Shown here: one piece after another, positions 26,911 to 32,000 of the stretch
Numbering within the stretch: position 1 is the first letter of the stretch
Layout: the number at the start of each line of letters is the position of its first letter
Source: Pseudoalteromonas sp. G4
GTDB taxonomy: Bacteria; Pseudomonadota; Gammaproteobacteria; Enterobacterales; Alteromonadaceae
Direction of reading: 5' to 3'
Assembly (NCBI RefSeq): GCF_028875915.1
Contig: NZ_JAPEHW010000010.1
Coordinates: 41,455 to 73,454 of the forward strand
Length of the DNA stretch: 32,000 nt
Position numbers and translations under genes: made by a program
The notes under the pieces: model-generated
The model's input: only the letters and a program-made list of their open reading frames with translations
Told to the model about the DNA's origin: nothing
Database searches by the model: none

Positions 26911-28269
26911 TCACTTAACTATCCATTGTTGTTCAATTTCAATATTTCCCGCATTGTCTAAGCGAACCCACTCTGGCTTCAGAGTCTTCCTTGCCCAATG
27001 CCCTTGCTCCAACAGTTGATTTACGACGAAAAACAAAAGACGGTGACGATCTGTTTCAGTAAACGTTTCGTTCTTCAGAATTCTCTGAGCAACCTTTGTG
27101 ACATCGACTTCATTACCTTTGTTGAGTATTCTGTGACTCATTCGTTTTGCCAATTGCTCCAATTGCGCACTAGGCGTATTTCGAATTACGTCATTTTCAT
27201 CACACTGCATTGGCAGTGAGTAATCCTCTGGTGGCGGTGGAGGCTCCCAATCTCGCAATTCAGTCAACGGTTCTGCTGCTAAAATCGAAGGTGACCAAGG
27301 CATATTTGCATGTTGCTGAATAGCATGTTCAATTAATAGATTCATGTTTGCATTTCTGTTCAATGAAATACGTAGTCGAATGGTATCGAGCAAACGTTTA
27401 AAAAAATCTGCCAATTCCAATAGAGCACCAGATGAAAATTCCCGAATTGCATCCAAGTGTGAATGAAGACTATTTAGTGACATTATTAGCATGTCTGGAA
27501 CTTGGCGTTGATAGCCCTTTTCGGTTAGATCATGTATTTGAAACAAGACCTTATCTGCACCGCTAATTATTACTGTCTTCAAATCAGAGATTTGTTCTGC
27601 GATCTCAGTGACTAGAGTTATTAATGACTCTACTTGTTCACTCAGTTCCGCACTGTGCATTTCTTGTATAGTTTGTCGTCTTAGTGAATAACCAAGAATC
27701 AACTGTTCTTGGTTTTTGTTGATCCCCTCCATGAGATCACGAAAAGAAGGTAATGAGGCTTTAATTTTATCATGCCAATCTTGATCTGACTCTACAGTCA
27801 ACATATTTAAATCGGAAAGCATTATTTCAATTTTGAGGTATCGCTGTCCTAGTGTTTCCTGTTGCTCCAAAGGATCTCCAGTGAATGGCTTTAATAGGTC
27901 TTGAGTGAGTTGTGTTAACCTATATAAGCCAGAAGCTTCACTTAAGGACGAACCTGCTAACATTACCAAGCCTTGGTCAATTGAACGCTTTAAGAAGTTA
28001 ATGCCTCTAACTTGTGCATTCCCATCAAACCGATCTAACCAACGGTCTACATAACCAAATATTTCAAGACATCTCTCCTCAGAATAACCAGTATTAGCTA
28101 CCAAGTACCCATCATTTTGAGACTGCTCCCATAGACTCATTGCTGCTAGATACATAAGTTCATTTGTCTCAAGCATCAAAGTTGGCTCAGCCAACCTAAT
28201 TCTGCTCAACAGCTCTGTTAGTCCAAGCTGATTAGTTGAAGTAACAATATCGACCTCCCTGTTACTCAT
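26911..28269 (-). CDS. jetA: MukF-like kleisin subunit (JetA/MksF equivalent)
   Basis: 452-aa ORF, first in the operon, similar in size and order to MukF (440 aa). Local resemblance: SGLYRLTQLTQDLL vs MukF NAIYRLTPLGIGIT. The C-terminal winged-helix-like end EWVRLDNAGNIEIEQQWIVK parallels [20 protein letters not shown]. A central PPPPPEDY linker is consistent with a flexible kleisin middle region. Confidence 0.7.
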   Translation of the reverse strand: MSNREVDIVTSTNQLGLTELLSRIRLAEPTLMLETNELMYLAAMSLWEQSQNDGYLVANTGYSEERCLEIFGYVDRWLDRFDGNAQVRGINFLKRSIDQGLVMLAGSSLSEASGLYRLTQLTQDLLKPFTGDPLEQQETLGQRYLKIEIMLSDLNMLTVESDQDWHDKIKASLPSFRDLMEGINKNQEQLILGYSLRRQTIQEMHSAELSEQVESLITLVTEIAEQISDLKTVIISGADKVLFQIHDLTEKGYQRQVPDMLIMSLNSLHSHLDAIREFSSGALLELADFFKRLLDTIRLRISLNRNANMNLLIEHAIQQHANMPWSPSILAAEPLTELRDWEPPPPPEDYSLPMQCDENDVIRNTPSAQLEQLAKRMSHRILNKGNEVDVTKVAQRILKNETFTETDRHRLLFFVVNQLLEQGHWARKTLKPEWVRLDNAGNIEIEQQWIVK

Positions 28270-28295
28270 TTTTACTACCTTGAAAAATAAACACT

Positions 28296-28467
28296 TACAT
28301 GTAGCTGAAATAATTTAAAGGATTCAAAGTTGGCTACATATTTTAATCTCTAATACGATTTAATTTAATTGAACCTCCACAAAACCAAACCGTGTTAGAC
28401 AAACTGTCTACAGATAATTATTATGTATATATAAACTACATGTAAATACTGTATACATATATATGTA
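28296..28467. promoter_or_regulatory. Divergent promoter/operator region with repeated TACAT palindromes
   Basis: - TACATGTA at 28296-28303 and again at 28437-28444.
- GCTACATAT at 28333-28341.
- A perfect 14-bp palindrome TACATATATATGTA at 28454-28467.
- A separate 6-3-6 dyad TAGACA-aac-TGTCTA at 28396-28410.
All lie between the divergent jetA-like and WYL genes. Confidence 0.45.
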
Positions 28468-28488
28468 ACAATTTCAGGCAGGTTTTTG

Positions 28489-29346
28489 ATGCAGGACATT
28501 AAATGGGAGCAAATCCTACGATTCAGGTTAATTGAGGTTGTGGTTCTTTGGGAGGGTCGTTTAACAACGAATCATCTATGCTCTGCATTTAGAATTGGTA
28601 GACAGCAAGCTTCAAGAGATATCAACAAGTACCTAAGCCTTTTTGAAAAGCCACAATTGGAGTTAGATCGCTCACTTAAAGGATATAAACCCTCAAAATC
28701 TTTCGAACCTCACTTTAGTCAAGGGACAGTAAACGAATACCTCATGCTATTACATCAACAAAGTCAGATGGTAGAGACATTTGACTTTTTTCAGATGGGG
28801 CACGCGGAATCAACTGTATTGTCGGTACCAGAGCGAACTGTTTCACCTGTGATCGTACGGAGCCTTATTCATGCGGCCAGAGAACAACGCCGAGTAGATA
28901 TTGATTACGTTTCACTTTCCAATCCCAGTATTGCGGGGCGAAACATCGTTCCACATACGATAGTAAATGATGGATTTCGTTGGCATGTGAGGGCATATTG
29001 TGAGTTACATGATGATTATAGAGATTTTGTTTTGAGCAGGTTTCGAAATGAACCTGACTTGCTCGATAAATCTGAGCATGGCCGCGAGAAAGATAACGAC
29101 TGGAATAGATCAACTAGGCTAGAAATTGTACCTAATCCTAACTTAAATGCAGCTCAACAGTTAATCGTAGCTGAAGATTATGGAATGCTTGATAACTGCT
29201 TAGTAATTACATCAAGGAACGCTCTCGTTAAGTATTATGTCCAAAGATTCAATTTGTGTTTAGACAATAATCAATTAAGAGCAAAACCAGAGGCATTCCA
29301 ATTAACAGTCAAAAATCTCAAGTCTGTTCAATATCTATTAATATGA
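28489..29346 (+). CDS. HTH-WYL domain transcriptional regulator (BrxR/CapW-like)
   Basis: The N-terminus RFRLIEVVVLWEGRLTTNHLCSAFRIGRQQASRDINKYL is a winged-HTH of the WYL-regulator type. The central VDIDYVSL...RNIVPHTIVNDGFRWHVRAYCELHDDYRDFVLSRF is a WYL-domain beta-sandwich signature. The about 285-aa size and divergent placement next to a defence operon fit the BrxR/CapW class. ATG 28489 is preferred to TTG 28486. Confidence 0.75.
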   Translation: MQDIKWEQILRFRLIEVVVLWEGRLTTNHLCSAFRIGRQQASRDINKYLSLFEKPQLELDRSLKGYKPSKSFEPHFSQGTVNEYLMLLHQQSQMVETFDFFQMGHAESTVLSVPERTVSPVIVRSLIHAAREQRRVDIDYVSLSNPSIAGRNIVPHTIVNDGFRWHVRAYCELHDDYRDFVLSRFRNEPDLLDKSEHGREKDNDWNRSTRLEIVPNPNLNAAQQLIVAEDYGMLDNCLVITSRNALVKYYVQRFNLCLDNNQLRAKPEAFQLTVKNLKSVQYLLI

Positions 29347-29513
29347 GAACCTAAACATTCTTACTAGTTGAGCATTTAGTTTCCGATATCGTTCAATATT
29401 ATTATGTGGTTAGTTTAAGTGTACTCATAATAGCCGTTCAGTTTCTCGCCTAAGACCGTCTGTTTAAGCCCTTCAAAATTCTAAAGTAGCCATTTAAGAT
29501 CATAGTCTTAGAC

Positions 29514-29533
29514 TTAAAACAGGCACTTTTACT
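29514..29533 (-). repeat. Right copy of the 20-nt inverted repeat (IR-R), ending at the recombinase ATG
   Basis: ttaaaacaggcacttttact. Its reverse complement matches 20564-20583 at 18/20. The next base (29534) is the A of the recombinase ATG. A related half-site, cgtctgtttaag, lies at 29456-29467 in the opposite orientation. Confidence 0.45.
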
Positions 29534-30100
29534 ATGACTAAACAAATCGGATACATTCGCGTTAGCTCAGTTGATCAGAACACAGCTCGCCAATTAAGCG
29601 ATGTTAAACTTGATAAGACCTTCGTTGATAAGTGCAGCGGTAAAGATACTAACAGGCCTGCCCTCAAACAGTTAATTGAATATGCTCGAGAAGGGGATGT
29701 AGTTCACTGCCATGACATAAGCCGCATGGCACGTAATACGGAAGACCTTCTTCGGTTAGTTCGCCTATTCAACGAGCAAGGTATTAGTCTGAAGTTCTAT
29801 AAAGAACACCTTGATTTTGCAGGCTCCAGTAATCCCACCCAACAGCTGATGGTCACGCTACTTGGCGCTATATACCAATTCGAGCGGTCTATGATACTTG
29901 AGCGCCAGCGTGAAGGCATAGCCATTGCTAAAGCTAACGGTAAGTACAAAGGTAAAGGCATTAACAAAGAACTACACGAACGGATCAGATTGATGTACGC
30001 TGAGGGCATAAATAAAATGCAGATAGCAAAGGCCCTAGGCTGTGCTAGGGCCACTGTTTACAAAGCTTTAGATTTGAATAATTCAAAACCTGAAAGTTAA
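29534..30100 (+). CDS. Small serine recombinase (resolvase/invertase family)
   Basis: 188-aa ORF. IGYIRVSSVDQNTARQ carries the catalytic serine motif. The catalytic domain contains RPALKQL...GDVVHCHDISRMARN. The E-helix is YQFERSMILERQREGIAIAKANGKYKGK. The C-terminal HTH is INKMQIAKALGCARATVYKAL. Confidence 0.9.
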   Translation: MTKQIGYIRVSSVDQNTARQLSDVKLDKTFVDKCSGKDTNRPALKQLIEYAREGDVVHCHDISRMARNTEDLLRLVRLFNEQGISLKFYKEHLDFAGSSNPTQQLMVTLLGAIYQFERSMILERQREGIAIAKANGKYKGKGINKELHERIRLMYAEGINKMQIAKALGCARATVYKALDLNNSKPES

Positions 30101-30141
30101 CTGTCCGGCTAAAAAGGTGTGTTTATACAATTTCAATTGGG

Positions 30142-30654
30142 CTAGCTTTCGATACCAACATCAGTATACTTTAGATCGCCTTCATCATTAACTTTTGCAG
30201 TAAAACTGAACTCTCCAGAATAGTAAGTACAACTCACGTTAGCTACGCCATAAGGATTGTGAAGCTTAATGATAAGGTAATTCAAGTCTAAATAATCTAT
30301 CTCTGTCATACCCTTATCTGACGAGCTATATGATATCGATACAAACAATGTTGGCTGCAAGAAGGAATCGCCATTTATGGTCACTTCTACCTCAGAAATT
30401 ATGTCTAAATTCTTAATAACCCTTTCGTAAAGGCCTGACAGGAATATTTCATCAGTAGAGTTTAGAGTTGATTCTATTAATGCTAAGTGCTTGGCCGAAA
30501 TACTTTTAAAAAACTTACGTATATCAGCTTGCTGAGTGATTGTAACTTTACCAAACTCACTCACTACCTGTGACCAACTGTTATCAATAAGATTATCGGT
30601 CAGCTCTAAATCTATTAAAAGTGTAGATGGTGTTCGAATTAATAATTCTCTCAT
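30142..30654 (-). CDS. Hypothetical protein, 170 aa, no recognisable family
   Basis: Clean ORF with GGAGAAAA immediately upstream of the ATG on the minus strand (complement of ttttctcc at 30656-30663). It is convergent with the recombinase gene. No motif that I can assign, no signal peptide or TM segment. Confidence 0.5.
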   Translation of the reverse strand: MRELLIRTPSTLLIDLELTDNLIDNSWSQVVSEFGKVTITQQADIRKFFKSISAKHLALIESTLNSTDEIFLSGLYERVIKNLDIISEVEVTINGDSFLQPTLFVSISYSSSDKGMTEIDYLDLNYLIIKLHNPYGVANVSCTYYSGEFSFTAKVNDEGDLKYTDVGIES

Positions 30655-30741
30655 TTTTTCTCCGTGATTTAAGTTAAAAACCTGAAATAAATTTTACTAA
30701 GAATGAGATAACAGTTTTTGTAAGGGAGAGAAGGAATAAAC

Positions 30742-30798
30742 ATGAAAGCATTAAGTCTTGCATTAAATACCACCCAAGCATTATGGTTTAAGCATTAA
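30742..30798 (+). CDS. Possible micro-ORF (18 aa, MKALSLALNTTQALWFKH)
   Basis: The ATG is preceded by a strong purine-rich SD-like tract (GGGAGAGAAGGA, ending 6 nt before the ATG). Too short to evaluate statistically. Confidence 0.2.
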   Translation: MKALSLALNTTQALWFKH

Positions 30799-30899
30799 AC
30801 TACAATTACTCTGTAACATTAAAATTATTTACCAAATATAAAACAAAGACTTAAGACCTTAAATATAAAATATAACCAAACATAGCGGGATCCCCCTGA

Positions 30900-31661
30900 A
30901 TGACTAAATGGGTTGAAGTGAAAAGTGATGAGTTTGAAACGTTTGATAAAGACGAATTTTCGTTATTTAAGCGAATTATCACTGAGAATGAAGAATACGA
31001 ACTTCGCTGGAAGGACAAAAGGCGAGTAATATTATCAATAAGCATCATTAAAGAATTCATAAAATACCTTGAAAAGCATTGTAGGTACTGCAAATCTGAT
31101 GCTGGTGTAACTGATGACTTCATCGAAGAAGCACAAACGTTTTTAAATGAGACTCATGGTGGCAGGTTTTTTGACGACGAATCAATAAGGCAGTGGGCTG
31201 AGTGTTACATTTACACATTAAAAATGGATAATAATTGGCGTAAGTTCAAAACTTGGAAAAATAAAAAGAAGTACCTTAAAAAGACCTCACGCAAAAACAG
31301 TTTGAGGCGATATAAAGTAACCATACAATTAAGCGAATTCAGGTTAGTCATTTACCCTAATGATTGCCGGTCAACTCTAGTTCCCGCTGATAGCAGGTAT
31401 AACAGTTTAGATTTTGAATTTATTGCAGATTTTAAGAAATACTTAACCCAACATTGCAAGCACCCTCCTGCTCAGTTGAAATCCATAGTAGTTGGGTCTG
31501 TTATTGTTTGCTCTCAACTCAAAACCAAACCTTTTTCTAAAGAAGATCATTTAAAGTTATGGAATAAACTCTATCCCGAATTAAGAAACAACTACAGAAC
31601 ATTAAAGAAGTATTATGACTGGCGCAAAAAAGCTAAATACTTAATTAAAACAACCAAATAA
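30900..31661 (+). CDS. Hypothetical lysine-rich protein built from two internal repeats
   Basis: 253-aa ORF. The halves align: IIKEFIKYLEKHCRYC ... IRQWAECYIYTLKMDNNWRKFKTWKNKKKYLKKTSRK against FIADFKKYLTQHCKHP ... HLKLWNKLYPELRNNYRTLKKYYDWRKKAKYLIKTTK. Family not recognised. Confidence 0.55.
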   Translation: MTKWVEVKSDEFETFDKDEFSLFKRIITENEEYELRWKDKRRVILSISIIKEFIKYLEKHCRYCKSDAGVTDDFIEEAQTFLNETHGGRFFDDESIRQWAECYIYTLKMDNNWRKFKTWKNKKKYLKKTSRKNSLRRYKVTIQLSEFRLVIYPNDCRSTLVPADSRYNSLDFEFIADFKKYLTQHCKHPPAQLKSIVVGSVIVCSQLKTKPFSKEDHLKLWNKLYPELRNNYRTLKKYYDWRKKAKYLIKTTK

Positions 31662-31733
31662 CAGATGTGATTGTATATATCAATCAATTCCAAAAGTCAC
31701 ATTTGATCTAACTACGGCAATTATTAATTTCAA

Positions 31734-32000
31734 CTAAGAGCGTTGTAAAAAATGAATTCTTTTACTTAAAGGGCGAAGAATTAATTCTGCGACAATGAAA
31801 CCATATGTCAACGACAAGGCTAAATCGGGAATCAACAGACTAAATTCATTCTTAAATGCTGATGACATGACCACAGCATATAAACACCATAAGATAGCAG
31901 CAGAATAACTATAAGTTATTGCCCCTTTGATTGTCTCTAATTTAGTTCGAGTTGGTTGGTAATCATAAACGAAGAAAGCTTTGAAAGATTTTATTAACTC
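31734..32000 (-). CDS. 3' end of a probable membrane protein gene; 5' end outside the window
   Basis: The minus-strand frame is open from the window edge to TAG (complement of 31734-31736). The translation ...AITYSYSAAILWCLYAVVMSSAFKNEFSLLIPDLALSLTYGFIVAELILRPLSKRIHFLQRS contains two hydrophobic helix-like segments. It is absent from the ORF track because its start lies outside the window. Confidence 0.4.
   Translation of the reverse strand, partial: ELIKSFKAFFVYDYQPTRTKLETIKGAITYSYSAAILWCLYAVVMSSAFKNEFSLLIPDLALSLTYGFIVAELILRPLSKRIHFLQRS

Larger units (their letters stand above)
20349..32000. mobile_element. Putative accessory/defence island; left edge approximate, right edge outside the window
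   Basis: The content switches from housekeeping genes to an SMC-type defence operon, a WYL regulator, a serine recombinase and orphan genes. The DNA is visibly AT-richer in my spot counts. No tRNA or direct repeat defining the ends was seen. Confidence 0.55.

Noticed and set aside
31665-31710. ATGTGA ... TCACAT inverted repeat as a terminator between the convergent 253-aa gene and the partial membrane gene
   Set aside because: It has only a 6-bp stem with a loop of about 27 nt and no T-run. This is not convincing.
1-32000. CRISPR arrays, rRNA genes and large tandem repeats
   Set aside because: Reading the window showed no regularly spaced direct repeats and no rRNA-like sequence. Repeats are limited to the short dyads reported above.

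Overview
By gene content this 32 kb window looks like a marine gammaproteobacterium, possibly Alteromonadales or Pseudoalteromonas-like. That assignment is inference only. It has two parts.

**Bases 1 to about 20,350: ordinary chromosomal backbone.**
- A tightly packed diaminopimelate-pathway-like cluster: DapA-family 3' end, DapD-like acyltransferase, LysA-like PLP decarboxylase and an AstE/aspartoacylase-family deacylase.
- pldA and typA/bipA.
- A classical nitrogen-regulation locus, glnA, a DUF4124-like gene and ntrB-ntrC, with readable NtrC boxes and a sigma-54 promoter.
- A 1424-aa multi-PAS/GAF hybrid histidine kinase.
- A four-gene envelope cluster: secreted protein, HAMP-GGDEF(degenerate)-EAL protein, DUF3034-like protein and a lipoprotein-type truncated haemoglobin.

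**About 20,350 to 32,000: an AT-richer accessory region whose right end is outside the window.**
- Its core is a translationally coupled four-gene minus-strand operon (28269 to 20671).
- The operon encodes full-length paralogues of MukF, MukE and MukB (452, 260 and 1515 aa) followed by a short Toprim protein of the JetD/MksG type. This is a Wadjet/MksBEFG-class SMC anti-plasmid system built on an unusually MukBEF-like scaffold.
- A WYL-domain (BrxR/CapW-like) regulator is transcribed divergently, across an intergenic region full of TACAT-type palindromes.
- A small serine recombinase follows. An 18/20 inverted repeat (20564-20583 and 29514-29533) brackets the condensin-plus-regulator module and ends exactly at the recombinase start codon.
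- Beyond it lie unrecognisable genes: a 170-aa protein, a 253-aa lysine-rich protein made of two internal repeats, and a partial membrane protein.

No rRNA, tRNA or CRISPR array was seen. All family assignments come from reading the translations by eye. No searches were run.
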